64,000 bases of DNA from an uncultured Candidatus Saccharibacteria bacterium (GCA_964383505.1 CAYLHB010000001.1:1232-65231), one strand, 5' to 3'. Positions 19,281 through 28,970 are shown, numbered from the stretch's first letter. The notes: generated from the sequence alone by a model not told the origin. Program-made: numbers and translations.

Positions 19281-20030
19281 ATGTCACACCTCACGATGAC
19301 CCGCACCACTCCCATTGCTCTCGCCACCCTCGTGGTGGGCGTCCTTCTTGCCGCAGGCGGTTCGTACCTCTTTGCCGCATGGTCGGGACCCACGCAAACA
19401 CCGCCCAACGGCAATGTGGAAGCTCCCGTAAACGTTGGTCCTGTTGGCCAAGAGAAACTTGGTATGTTTGCAGCACTTGGAGGTGTGTTTCGAAACGGTG
19501 GTTTGTCAATTAACACCTCTCTGTTAAGTGATGGCTCTGCATCTCCAAATGGTGCCGCCCTCAAGTTGGATGTTGAGGGTGCGGTGGGTGCGACGAAGTA
19601 CTGTGATGAGAATGGGGAGAATTGCTTCACCGCACGAGGAGGGGGTGGTGGTTCCAAATGGGTTGCTGTAGATCTTGATGGTAAAGATTTTTGGGATAGA
19701 TCTTGTCAATATAGGGTAGAACTTGACGTGAAGAATTGGGGTCCCATGAAACCTCCCTTTACATACCAATATACTGATTTTGCTGGTACTGATCCTGTGG
19801 TATATGCGCATCTTGTGTCGTCCACCAAGATAGTCCCTTTTGATTCCACCGGAATAATTGGCTATATATCACATAATGACAGAAGAAAATATTTTTGGTC
19901 GGGCAATGGTTTTGCGAGTGCACCTGGTATTTATGATGTAATAAAAGATCCTTACAAACTTAATTTAGGGCAGTATGATGCGTATCATTGGGGACCGATG
20001 CCAGTGACCAAGATTGAAATGCAATGTTAG
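19281..20030 (+). CDS. Putative surface fibre/adhesin-like protein
   Basis: Signal/TM segment, AAWSGPTQTPPNGNVEAPVNVG, KLDVEGAVGATKYCDENGENC, a GGGGG linker, then an aromatic-rich C-terminal domain. Confidence 0.7.
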   Translation: MSHLTMTRTTPIALATLVVGVLLAAGGSYLFAAWSGPTQTPPNGNVEAPVNVGPVGQEKLGMFAALGGVFRNGGLSINTSLLSDGSASPNGAALKLDVEGAVGATKYCDENGENCFTARGGGGGSKWVAVDLDGKDFWDRSCQYRVELDVKNWGPMKPPFTYQYTDFAGTDPVVYAHLVSSTKIVPFDSTGIIGYISHNDRRKYFWSGNGFASAPGIYDVIKDPYKLNLGQYDAYHWGPMPVTKIEMQC

Positions 20031-20704
20031 TGATAGTAAACCAGGTTCGTGACTATCTGAGCAGTTTAAAACTGTTAGCATAGTCATGCATGTAAGCACA
20101 GAATCATTATCTAATTTGTTCCCGAATTTCCATGCCCCCCGCACCACAAAACTAGGACACTCACTTATAGATAAATAGTTCTCGATCGGTACGGTACTCG
20201 AGACACTGACGAGGAATGTCGTTCAGGTAGGATTCAATGGAACGAAGTTCACCGTCAGTGACAGTGACTATATTTCTCTTCTTGGGTACAAAGCACCGTA
20301 TCCAACGGTTGGTGTTTTCAACAAGACTTTTCTCCTGTGATGTGTAGGGAGTGGTGAAGTAGAAGGGTACCTTAAGCAAGGCTTCCATCAAAAGCGGTCT
20401 AATGCTGATTTGAGACTGCTTAAATCGGCATGAGCTCCCTTTTTGATACCACAGTGCCACCGTGTCGCAGACTTCCCGAGATACGTTGTGGTGACCACCT
20501 CTCAGAGAGCTTAGCCCCCACGTACCGTGTGAGGTACCTATGGAGCGCCACCTTCAAACACCCGCGCTTGCTACGGTAGCGACACCAGTACGTCTTATGG
20601 TGTGCTTTTACGGGAAGGTATACGCCTCTCACCCTCTTTTCTCGCAGTTCGTACGAAATGGTGTTGGGACTTCGCCTCAACATACGTGCAATAGCTCGAA
20701 CACC

Positions 20705-21695
20705 AGACCTGTTCCCAAACATCAGTTTTGATACAATTGACCACATGAACCTTACCACACTCTCGCGCAGCCCCCGCGCGATGAAGGCCTTGACCGGCCT
20801 CTCGTATGAGGAATTCATCAACCTCGTATCGTTATTCAAAGCGGCGTACATCACTATGAAGTTGGACAATCCAAAGCGTGTGCGTGCCGTAGGTGGTGGT
20901 AGACCTGGGCGACTCCCCACGTATGAGGCGAAGCTGTTCTTTGTGCTTTCTTATGCAAAGAATTACCCAACTTTTGATGTGCTCGGATTTCTTTTTGAAA
21001 AACCGCGCGGTAGGTCTTGTGCGGACATCCACTTACTCCTCACAGTGCTCGAAAAGGCGCTGGGGCGCGCCATTGTTCTTCCCGAACGGAAACTCACCTC
21101 GGTTGAGGAGTTCTTCGAGAAGTTTCCTGAGGTAAAGGATGTGTTTCTGGACGGTGGTGAACGGCGGATTAAACGACCCGCAACGCCGAAAGGAGAACAC
21201 CGTACCTACTCGGGCAAGAAGAAAGCGCACACACGCAAGAATGCTGTGGTGGTTGATGAAAAGAAGCGTATCCTCGTGGTCACACCCACTAAAGCAGGGA
21301 GAAGATACGACAAGCGTCTTGCCGACAAGTACTCCCTCGTCACCCACATACCGAAAACCGTTGGCATATTTGCAGATTCCGGATTTTAAGGTATTCAGCA
21401 TCTCCATCCTAATACCGTTGTGACCAAACGGAGCCGGAAGAATGCGCCACTCTCAGAGGAAGAACGTGCTGATAACCGGGTAATTGCATCACTACGCACC
21501 GTGGTGGAGCCTGCCATAGGTGGCATGAGGCGGTACCGCATCCTGGTTGACCGTCTTTGTATGAAAATGGGTACCCTTGAAGATTCACTCCCGTCCATCT
21601 GCGCAGGATTGTGGAATTGGCACCTACGACACGTGGGCTAACTTCCATAAAGATCGAGGTTTTGCGTGTCAGATACTTTGTTTGAGAACAGGTCT
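20705..21695 (+). mobile_element. IS5-family (ISL2-like, DDE) insertion sequence, 991 bp
   Basis: 17-bp terminal inverted repeats AGACCTGTTCCCAAACA / TGTTTGAGAACAGGTCT (1 mismatch) enclosing a transposase. Confidence 0.85.
20745..21641 (+). pseudogene. DDE transposase with one in-frame nonsense codon
   Basis: GGGRP, FLDGGERRIKRP, YSGKKKAHT, ADSGF*GIQ (TAA at 21387), and in-frame continuation NRVIASLRTVVEPAIGGMRRY. Confidence 0.85.
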
Positions 21696-21926
21696 ATTGT
21701 ACTCTTGGATTGTTAATGTGCTGATCATCACCCGCTCCTCATAGGAGAGGTGAGAATATGTTGCGCCTGTTTTTATACACTCCAGTGTAATGGGAGTGTT
21801 CTAGTGCAAGGGTACTTGAAGGTCCGTACTATATCAAAATCAGGTCCCGAAAATTTTCTTTAACCCAGAAAAGAGAATAGATCGCTAAAAAGGTTTGGAT
21901 GCCAACATGAAAAATAGTAAAGAGAC

Positions 21927-23198
21927 TCACTTTTTCCCAAGGTGCGCACGTAATTCCTCTCTCGCGACCTCAGCGTCGCTCCACGGCGTTTTTGTCCCAC
22001 GCGGGCCCATAATGTAGGGGTCGGTGCCCTTGCCGGTGATGAGCACCGCATCACCGGCTTTTGCCCGGGCAAATGCCTCACGTATCGCGGCGCGCCTGTT
22101 CATGATGATGGTGGGCGTCTTCTCTTTCATACCAGCCACCATTTCTTCCACAATCACACGCGGGTCCTCGTCGTAGGGGTCCTCGTCGGTAAGAATGATC
22201 TCTCGGCAGTACTGTTCCGCCACTTTTGCCATTTCAGGGCGCTTCCATCGGTCTCGCCCGCCCCCGCAGTTACCCAGCACACAAATTTTCTCGTGGTTGG
22301 GGAACGCGCGGTAGAGCTTTTCAAGTGAGTCTTTTGTATGCGCGTAATCAACCACGACGACGAAGGGTTGTCCCTCTTCTATTTTCTCCACACGCCCTGC
22401 AATATGACCAAATCGCTCAAGTGCCCGTTTGATCGTGTTTGTTGGGATGCCGATGGCGCGCGTGAATGTGACCGCGGCGAGTATGTTGTAGAGGTTAAAG
22501 GTGCCCACGAGTGGGGAGTGGATAGACACGCCCTCGTACGTGAAGAGAATACCTCGGTCGTTCTCACTGTGGGGTTCGGCTTGCTTCAGTGAGTAGGGGT
22601 GCTGTGCCACTTCGGCGGGAACGGTGAGAAAGAGTGCCCCGTGCTCATCATCGCGGTTGGCGACGACCACCCTCCGCTCCTTGTTCGAGTTGATGAGTGC
22701 GTCGCGCAGGCGTAGCTTACAATCGCGGTACGCCTCAAACGATCCGTGGCTCTCAATGTGTTCGGGTGAGAGGTTGGTGAATACGAGCGCATTGAGCGCA
22801 ATGTGCTTGTGGCGCCAGAGTCGCGCCCCCTCGCTCGTCATTTCAATCACCGCAAAGCCGCAGTCTTCATCAACCGCACGCCGTAAAAACTTCTGCATAA
22901 ACGAGCGGCCGGGCATGCTCATTTTGTAGAGGTTTGGCTCGCTCTCGTCGGCCACCTTGAAGCGTATGGTGTTGGAGAGTGCGGTGGTGTGACCCGCTTC
23001 CTCAAGAATCGTCGAAATGAGCTCAGTCGTCGTGCTCTTGCCTTTGGTGCCGGTCACTCCCACCACATAGAGCTTTCGGGAGGGAAAGCCGTAGCGAAAC
23101 GCCGCGAGTGACGAGAGGAGCGAGTGGTAGTGTGGTTGAAGTGCGCGAAAGAGGGAAGGGGGAATGAGGGCGCGCAGAGTAGAGAGAAGTCGGCTCAT
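21927..23198 (-). CDS. murE: UDP-N-acetylmuramoyl-tripeptide synthetase (MurE-family Mur ligase)
   Basis: GVTGTKGKST, FTNLSPEHIESH, VVVDYAHT, GGGRDRWKRPEM, LITGKG. Confidence 0.9.
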   Translation of the reverse strand: MSRLLSTLRALIPPSLFRALQPHYHSLLSSLAAFRYGFPSRKLYVVGVTGTKGKSTTTELISTILEEAGHTTALSNTIRFKVADESEPNLYKMSMPGRSFMQKFLRRAVDEDCGFAVIEMTSEGARLWRHKHIALNALVFTNLSPEHIESHGSFEAYRDCKLRLRDALINSNKERRVVVANRDDEHGALFLTVPAEVAQHPYSLKQAEPHSENDRGILFTYEGVSIHSPLVGTFNLYNILAAVTFTRAIGIPTNTIKRALERFGHIAGRVEKIEEGQPFVVVVDYAHTKDSLEKLYRAFPNHEKICVLGNCGGGRDRWKRPEMAKVAEQYCREIILTDEDPYDEDPRVIVEEMVAGMKEKTPTIIMNRRAAIREAFARAKAGDAVLITGKGTDPYIMGPRGTKTPWSDAEVAREELRAHLGKK

Positions 23199-23214
23199 GG
23201 TGGTTTAGTGGTGG

Positions 23215-23790
23215 CTACTGGCGCGAGAGGAGTTTGAGTGCCTCGCGTATGCGCGCGCTTTGGTCGGAGAGCGTTTCAGGCAGGAGACGGAGCGCCTCTC
23301 GTGCCTCTTCGTGGCGGTACCCGAGCGCCTTGAGTGCTTCGAGCGAGTCTTCCTCATCACGGCGAAGTACGTGCGCTCCCACATCCTCAAGCTCACCGAG
23401 CTTGTCGCGCAGTTCCAGGCACACCTTCTCTGCTGTTTTTCTACCTATCCCCGAAACCTTTGTGAGGTAGCCAACGTCGCTCGATGCGATAGCGCTCTTG
23501 AGCTTGTTGAGCTTGTCGAGCGACATGATACCCACCGCACCACGAGGCCCCACGCCCGAGACGGAAATCAGGAGCTTGAAAAGCTCAAGCTCGCCATACT
23601 CCAAAAAGCCGTAGAGATCAAGCGCGTCCTCACGTACCACGAGGTGGGTCCAGAGGTCGAGCGGGTACCCTGCTTTCGTCGAGGCGATAAGCGAGGGGGT
23701 GACGTAGACTTTGTACCCCACACCCGCAACCCCAAGGATAAGCCACGAGGGCTTCACTGCTGTCACCGTACCGGAGAGTTGGGCTATCAT
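23215..23790 (-). CDS. ruvA: Holliday junction branch migration protein RuvA
   Basis: GVGYKV, VREDALDLYGF, LISVSGVGP, GIGRKTAEK, ALKALGY. Confidence 0.96.
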   Translation of the reverse strand: MIAQLSGTVTAVKPSWLILGVAGVGYKVYVTPSLIASTKAGYPLDLWTHLVVREDALDLYGFLEYGELELFKLLISVSGVGPRGAVGIMSLDKLNKLKSAIASSDVGYLTKVSGIGRKTAEKVCLELRDKLGELEDVGAHVLRRDEEDSLEALKALGYRHEEAREALRLLPETLSDQSARIREALKLLSRQ

Positions 23791-23985
23791 ACACTGGGCG
23801 GAGACCCCGCACTTCCACTATAGCCGAAGTGGGGGAGGAGCGCACGGAGACTCTTTTAAGTATCGGTTGTGCTTGTGGTACACAGGCAACCTGTCATGTA
23901 CGTTTTTAGCGCGCGAAACGCGCAACGATAATCGCAAAGTAGTGCTCGAATCTAAATGAGCGATCTGGTGAAGGTATGTTAGTAT

Positions 23986-25113
23986 ATGGCAACTTGTATG
24001 GAATCGTACGCACGCAGTTCCCGCTACGGCGCGCTCCCAAGCCAAACCCTCCGCGAGCTCGTGACGGCCGGGTTTATAGAACACGCAGACGTAGACAACA
24101 TCGCCCCCTCTTCGCTCGACCTCACGCTCTCCGGAGAGGTGTACTGCACGGAGGGGATGTTTCAGCTCAATCCAGGTGAGTCGGTGCGGGATTTGCTCAC
24201 GCACATCCACGCGACCCCGTGGTCTTTTGAGAAGCCACTCGTGCGCGGAGGAATGTACCTTGCTCGGCTCAATGAAACACTGCGTTTGCCGTCGAGTGTG
24301 TATGGGTACTGCAACCCGAAAAGCTCGACCGGTCGCATTGATGTCCACGTGCGCGTGCTTGCCGATGGGGTGCCGCGGTACGATTCCGTAACACCGGCGG
24401 GGTGGAATGGTGAGCTCTGGATCGCCATTCATCCGAAGTCGTTCCCGATTCTTCTTCGGGAAGGTCACTCACTCTCGCAGCTGCGCCTCTTCACGGCAGA
24501 TACGCGGTTTTCAGAGCTTGAGTTTGAAATCGCACTCTCCCACCATAAGCTTCTATGGCAACGAGGTGGCGATGCGGTGCGGTATGACGAGCTTCGTGTA
24601 TCAGACCATGACGGTGCGCCCATGCTCTCGCTCGACCTTAAAAGCCCGCTGGTCGGGTGGGTGAGTAAACACACTGACCAGGTGCTCGACGTGAGTACGC
24701 GCGGAAGCTATGCACCCGAAGATTTTTTTGAACAGGTGGCACCCGAGAACGGGCACCTCACGCTGGAGCGCGGGAAGTTCTACATTCTCTCGACCGATGA
24801 GGCGGTGCGTGTGCCCCCCGAGCTCGCGTGCGAAATGGCTTCGATGGACGAGCGTTCGGGTGACTTCAGGAGTCACTACGCCGGCTTCATCGACCCGGGT
24901 TGGGGGTGGGGCAAGGAGGGGGAGGAGAAGGGACGACCGCTCACCCTTGAGGTGCGCCCGTTTGAAGACTTAGTGGTGCGGCACGGCCAGCCGATTGCGA
25001 AGATAAAGTTTGAGCGTATGACGCACGTGCCCGATGTGCTCTATGATACACGCGGAAGCAACTACACGACCCAAACGGGACCGAGGCTTGCGAAGCAGTT
25101 TCGTACGGAATGA
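23986..25113 (+). CDS. dcd: dCTP deaminase, long two-domain type
   Basis: PSSLDL, NPKSSTGRIDV, FRSHYAGFIDPGWG, LTLEVR; 375 aa. Confidence 0.88.
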   Translation: MATCMESYARSSRYGALPSQTLRELVTAGFIEHADVDNIAPSSLDLTLSGEVYCTEGMFQLNPGESVRDLLTHIHATPWSFEKPLVRGGMYLARLNETLRLPSSVYGYCNPKSSTGRIDVHVRVLADGVPRYDSVTPAGWNGELWIAIHPKSFPILLREGHSLSQLRLFTADTRFSELEFEIALSHHKLLWQRGGDAVRYDELRVSDHDGAPMLSLDLKSPLVGWVSKHTDQVLDVSTRGSYAPEDFFEQVAPENGHLTLERGKFYILSTDEAVRVPPELACEMASMDERSGDFRSHYAGFIDPGWGWGKEGEEKGRPLTLEVRPFEDLVVRHGQPIAKIKFERMTHVPDVLYDTRGSNYTTQTGPRLAKQFRTE

Positions 25114-25155
25114 TAGTGCGCTAGGGTGGTGCGAGCGGAAAACGGAGGAGATCCA

Positions 25156-25269
25156 ATGGGTGTATCGGAAAAGCTATTCTGGGCGTTTGCGCTGTGGCCG
25201 CTCATTGCACTTATGGGTGCGATTGTGTGGTTATTTGTGAAGACACGGAATACTAAAGACCGCGACTGA
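25156..25269 (+). CDS. 37-aa single-TM small protein (MGVSEKLFWAFALWPLIALMGAIVWLFVKTRNTKDRD)
   Basis: GGAGGAG Shine-Dalgarno 5 nt upstream; hydrophobic core with charged tail; hairpin AAAGACC..GGTCTTT spans the stop. Confidence 0.6.
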   Translation: MGVSEKLFWAFALWPLIALMGAIVWLFVKTRNTKDRD

Positions 25270-25294
25270 CGTCGGGGTCTTTTAAAATACTATG

Positions 25295-25624
25295 CTAGTG
25301 CAGTGTCCGATATGCCTTCAGTGCTTGTTGTGCGAGATGTGTCGGGTCGTCCTTCGCTTTAATAGTGCGTTCAGTATCGGTCCACCATGTATCAAACCAT
25401 TCACGCGTGCCGTCGGTAAAAAGTGCGATGAAATCAAGTTCAAACTTAGGATCTTCGCTACTTACCTGGTCGGGTGTGTATTCGGGATGATTGAGGGAAA
25501 CGACCAGTTTAAAAAAACATGCTTGTGTTTGATTACGCAATCCTACAAGTTCCTGTTGAACAAGTTGTTCGTTCTGTTGCAGTGCCAATTGTGCCTCTGA
25601 AACGTGCTCAAGAAATCCAGCCAT
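25295..25624 (-). CDS. Hypothetical protein
   Basis: 109-aa ORF 12 bp downstream of thyX on the same strand. Confidence 0.6.
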   Translation of the reverse strand: MAGFLEHVSEAQLALQQNEQLVQQELVGLRNQTQACFFKLVVSLNHPEYTPDQVSSEDPKFELDFIALFTDGTREWFDTWWTDTERTIKAKDDPTHLAQQALKAYRTLH

Positions 25625-25636
25625 AATTAGGTAGTG

Positions 25637-26995
25637 CTATTTTTTCACAATATCCTGCTCGCCACGACCGACATCGAATCGGTCGGAGTCACTCTCCAAG
25701 TGTACCACAAGGCCTTGCTCACGGAATCGCTCGGTGAGCATATGCGCCATTTGCTGCGCGCGTTCGCGCAGGGTGGGGTGGACAAAGCGGGTGGAGCGAA
25801 GCTCCGCGAGATAGACGAGGGCGGGGAGTGTGCCCACGAGGCGATTTGAGGTAAGAAAGCCCATGGCGGTGTAGTACTGGGCGAGTTCAGGAGACATGTT
25901 CTGCTGAGAGATTGCCTCGGTTTGACTACGGATGAGCATCTCCGCCTCACTGCGGAGCGTGTCGGGTAGTTCCGCGAGGTACCACGGATGGAAGCCGAGC
26001 GAGGTGGTGAGAAGTGGCATGCGCTGGCGGACCGCGCGGTGTCGTTGTATGTCGCGGAACGAACCGAAGTCGAGTAAGAACTTGAAGCCGACCATGCCGC
26101 ACTCGCCCATACGGAGCGGGAGCTCGGTTTTGTTGTTGGGACGGGTGCGTAGTGCGTCCTCGTACTCACCAAGAAGCGTGCGATCGATGCCGTCGAAGAA
26201 GAGCTCAAACGTAGGCGAGGCGGAGTCGTGGTAGTAGTACTCGCGCATGCGCGCCGCGTGGTAGGCCTCCGATGCCTCAAAGCGCGTGTTACTGAATGAG
26301 CTTGGGAATGCTTGGAGGAGGGCCTGTTCAGTTGTTTCCGCAATAGCGCGTACCTCTTCGAGAGGGTGGTGGCGCAGGTGGAGGAGTGCGTCAGCGAACT
26401 GTCGGAGGTTCATGGTCCACGCGAGGTTGGTGGTGGCGCCCGCGGGGAGGAAAGAGCGCATGATATCAAATGCGCGGGCGTTGATGGCCTTCTCGTACAA
26501 CGATTCTTTTTCACCTTCAGCGCGCGGGAAGCGTGCCTTGATCACCTCCGGGAGCTCGTGCACGCCCTTGAGGTAGAACGAGCGCCACGCTTCTTGGATG
26601 GCGGTCCCCGCTTCACTTTCGAGCGGATTGAGGAACGGTTGGTCTGCAAAATTCACATACCGCGTGGAGCTCTCCTGTCCAGAGTAGAGCGGCCAGTCTT
26701 GTATCGCTTTGGCAGCGAGCATGGAAACTCCCTCCACGAATACCGTCGCGCTCGCGCAGTCGCCGATCGATTTGTGCCCATAGCCGACGTAGTACGTCGC
26801 CATGAATTTTTCCGCCCCCTTTTCTTTCAGCACCTCAAGGTGGCTCGCGATGCCGCCCGTGGAGCGGCTGTGGAGCGCTTGAAGCATCGCCTGTGCTTCC
26901 GGTGTGATGCGCGCGCCCGTGTTGAGGACGAGAACCCTGCCGCCATTTGGGAGTGGGACTTCAGTGTGGGTGAGAGAGGAAATGTCGCTCGCCAT
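25637..26995 (-). CDS. thyX: FAD-dependent thymidylate synthase, long (duplicated ThyX-like) form
   Basis: YGHKSIGD, QESSTRY, RSFLPAGATT, NLRQ, FRDIQRHR; start chosen so it does not overlap tmk. Confidence 0.85.
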   Translation of the reverse strand: MASDISSLTHTEVPLPNGGRVLVLNTGARITPEAQAMLQALHSRSTGGIASHLEVLKEKGAEKFMATYYVGYGHKSIGDCASATVFVEGVSMLAAKAIQDWPLYSGQESSTRYVNFADQPFLNPLESEAGTAIQEAWRSFYLKGVHELPEVIKARFPRAEGEKESLYEKAINARAFDIMRSFLPAGATTNLAWTMNLRQFADALLHLRHHPLEEVRAIAETTEQALLQAFPSSFSNTRFEASEAYHAARMREYYYHDSASPTFELFFDGIDRTLLGEYEDALRTRPNNKTELPLRMGECGMVGFKFLLDFGSFRDIQRHRAVRQRMPLLTTSLGFHPWYLAELPDTLRSEAEMLIRSQTEAISQQNMSPELAQYYTAMGFLTSNRLVGTLPALVYLAELRSTRFVHPTLRERAQQMAHMLTERFREQGLVVHLESDSDRFDVGRGEQDIVKK

Positions 26996-27003
26996 GTGTG
27001 GAA

Positions 27004-27013
27004 ATGGTACCAT
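27004..27013. promoter_or_regulatory. Palindromic bidirectional extended -10 element shared by thyX and tmk
   Basis: ATGGTACCAT reads TGgTACCAT on both strands, 7 and 8 nt before the two divergent ATGs. Confidence 0.6.
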
Positions 27014-27020
27014 GGGTGTC

Positions 27021-27647
27021 ATGCAGGCGCACGGAAGGCTCATAGCGATTGAAGGGGGGGATGGCGCTGGAAAAGACGCGAACATCGACTACCTGCGCGA
27101 GGTATTTGCCGGGCGGGACGATGTGGTATTCACACGCGAGCCGGGCGGTACCGCGATAGGGGAGCGGGTGCGTGCGATTCTCACCGACCCCACACATGCG
27201 GGGATGGCGGTCGAGACGGAGCTCCTGCTTTTCCTGGCGTGTCGGGCTCAGCTCATTGAAGATGTGATACGGCCAGCACTTAGGGAAGGGAAGACGGTTA
27301 TCTCAAACCGATTCGCGCTCTCTACCATCGCATACCAGATCTTTAGGAAGGAGCGCATGGAGTACCTGTCGTTCCTTGAGTCGGTGAGCGCCACACTCCT
27401 CAAAGAGGTGGTCCCGTTCTACGTGCTTCTCGATGTGCCGCCCGAGGTGGGGCACGAGCGGGTGCGGAGTCGCGGGACCACACTATCGCGTTTTGACGCG
27501 GAATCACTTGTCATACATACGCGGGTGCGCGACGGGTACGTGAGCGCCGTGAAGGGGTTTCCGCACGCCGTTGTTGACGCCACGAAACCGCTCGATGAGG
27601 TACGGCGCGAAGTGGAACGTATCGTGCGAGCGCACATGATGTCATGA
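27021..27647 (+). CDS. tmk: Thymidylate kinase
   Basis: IAIEGGDGAGK, TREPGGT, ELLLFLACRAQ, SNRF..STIAYQ. Confidence 0.95.
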   Translation: MQAHGRLIAIEGGDGAGKDANIDYLREVFAGRDDVVFTREPGGTAIGERVRAILTDPTHAGMAVETELLLFLACRAQLIEDVIRPALREGKTVISNRFALSTIAYQIFRKERMEYLSFLESVSATLLKEVVPFYVLLDVPPEVGHERVRSRGTTLSRFDAESLVIHTRVRDGYVSAVKGFPHAVVDATKPLDEVRREVERIVRAHMMS

Positions 27648-28069
27648 GTACGTGCAAAGTGGTCTTACTTGATGAAAGGGCGAAGCCCCCATGCTACGCA
27701 CACCCGGGTGATGCGGGGGCCGATCTCTTTACGCTCGAGACTGTGGAGCTTGTGCCGGGCACGCACGCACAAGTTCACACCGGCATTGCGCTTGAGATTC
27801 CTGATGGCTATGTAGGGCTCATTTGGGACAAGAGTGGTCTCTCACAGAAGTATGGATTAAAGACACTCGGTGGTGTGATAGACAGCGGCTACCGTGGCGA
27901 GGTTTTGGTGGGGCTGGTGAATCTGGGGAATGAGCCACACACAATTACCGCGGGGCAAAAAGTAGCACAAATTCTTATCCAAAAAGTTGAACGTGCGGAG
28001 TTTGTTGAGAGCGACGAGCTCCCGACCTCCGCTCGTGGCACAGGTGGTTTTGGAAGTACGGGCGCGTAA
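27644..28069 (+). CDS. dut: dUTP diphosphatase
   Basis: DAGADL, GVIDSGYRGE, RGTGGFGSTG. Confidence 0.97.
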   Translation: MSTCKVVLLDERAKPPCYAHPGDAGADLFTLETVELVPGTHAQVHTGIALEIPDGYVGLIWDKSGLSQKYGLKTLGGVIDSGYRGEVLVGLVNLGNEPHTITAGQKVAQILIQKVERAEFVESDELPTSARGTGGFGSTGA

Positions 28070-28082
28070 ACAAGTAGGCCCG

Positions 28083-28640
28083 CTAGTCGCGGGCCATGAG
28101 GTGGGGTGGCGGGTATATTTGGATGGTTACGCGCGTGCCGGGTAGTACGCGGGTGGCGAGCGTATCCCAGTCGGCATTGTGCATGCGTATGCATCCGCGT
28201 GATACACGGTGCCCTATTTGGTCGGGGCGAATGGTGCCGTGGATGCGAACGGTGGAAGGGATACATGACTCCCAACGCACACCCACTTTTCTCCCCCCGA
28301 GCGCGTTTTTTGGATGTCCAGGTGCGTAGTAGCTCGAAAGCGGTTGTCCTTTTTGTGCCGCTGCACGCTTTGTTGCCTCGGTGGGTATCCACGCCGCATG
28401 TGGGTCGATGAAGGTGACTATTCCCGTGACGGGCCCGCTGTAGAGGCATCGTGGCGTATGACGAGGCGTGGCGATAGGGTATGTGGCGATGAGGGTATTT
28501 CCATCAACGACGTACAGTTGCGGCGTATCGCTACCAGTTCCCAATATAATGTGAAGTTCGACCTCCGCATGAGCAGGGGCGGTCAGTACGAGCCATACAC
28601 ACGCCGCGAGAAGTGAAATGAGCGACTGGACATGACGCAT
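28083..28640 (-). CDS. L,D-transpeptidase (YkuD family), secreted
   Basis: Signal peptide; RIHGT...VSRGCIRMHN catalytic motif. Confidence 0.88.
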   Translation of the reverse strand: MRHVQSLISLLAACVWLVLTAPAHAEVELHIILGTGSDTPQLYVVDGNTLIATYPIATPRHTPRCLYSGPVTGIVTFIDPHAAWIPTEATKRAAAQKGQPLSSYYAPGHPKNALGGRKVGVRWESCIPSTVRIHGTIRPDQIGHRVSRGCIRMHNADWDTLATRVLPGTRVTIQIYPPPHLMARD

Positions 28641-28652
28641 CTCTCGTTCTCC

Positions 28653-28865
28653 TCAGGTCCTTCCTCTCTTTGCGGCTATGTACCACAAAGGAAGGACCAC
28701 AAAAAAATCGAACATGAAGCCACCGAACCACCACTGCGCAGTGATTTTGTTCGTCCATTCTTGTGTAGGCGATAGGTATGGTTCTCCCGTCATGAGATAC
28801 AACACCAATGTAATTGGGCACGATATAAGGATAACAACAAAGAGTGTTTTCATGAGCTTTTCCAT
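28653..28865 (-). CDS. Small two-TM hypothetical protein
   Basis: 70-aa ORF with two hydrophobic segments, co-oriented directly upstream of the L,D-transpeptidase. Confidence 0.6.
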   Translation of the reverse strand: MEKLMKTLFVVILISCPITLVLYLMTGEPYLSPTQEWTNKITAQWWFGGFMFDFFVVLPLWYIAAKRGRT

Positions 28866-28970
28866 GATGTTTCTCTGCCTTGTTTACCTTCTATAACCCT
28901 ACCGCTCATTGTACCATCGTGCAATCGGCAGGACATGGCACCCGTGCCACAAAGAAGGTACACTTAGGAA

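Larger units (their letters stand above)
20150..21810 (-). mobile_element. IS30-family remnant, interrupted by an IS5-family element and internally deleted (ends approximate)
   Basis: N-terminus YSHLSYEERVMISTL at ~21700-21760 continues across the insert as VRAIARMLRRSPNTISYELR; WSPQRISG and ENTNRWIRCFVPKK...LNDIPRQCL also present; related end sequences ACTAGGACACTC / GAGTGTTCTAGT. Confidence 0.8.

Noticed and set aside
19281-20160. Diversity-generating retroelement or shufflon at the adhesin-like gene
   Set aside because: No reverse transcriptase, template/variable repeat pair, recombinase or sfx-like repeats visible in the window
21387-21389. Stop-codon readthrough or alternative genetic code in the transposase
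   Set aside because: The stop is TAA at a conserved Gln position (simple C-to-T change); TGA terminates dcd, tmk and others normally, so code 25 is not indicated
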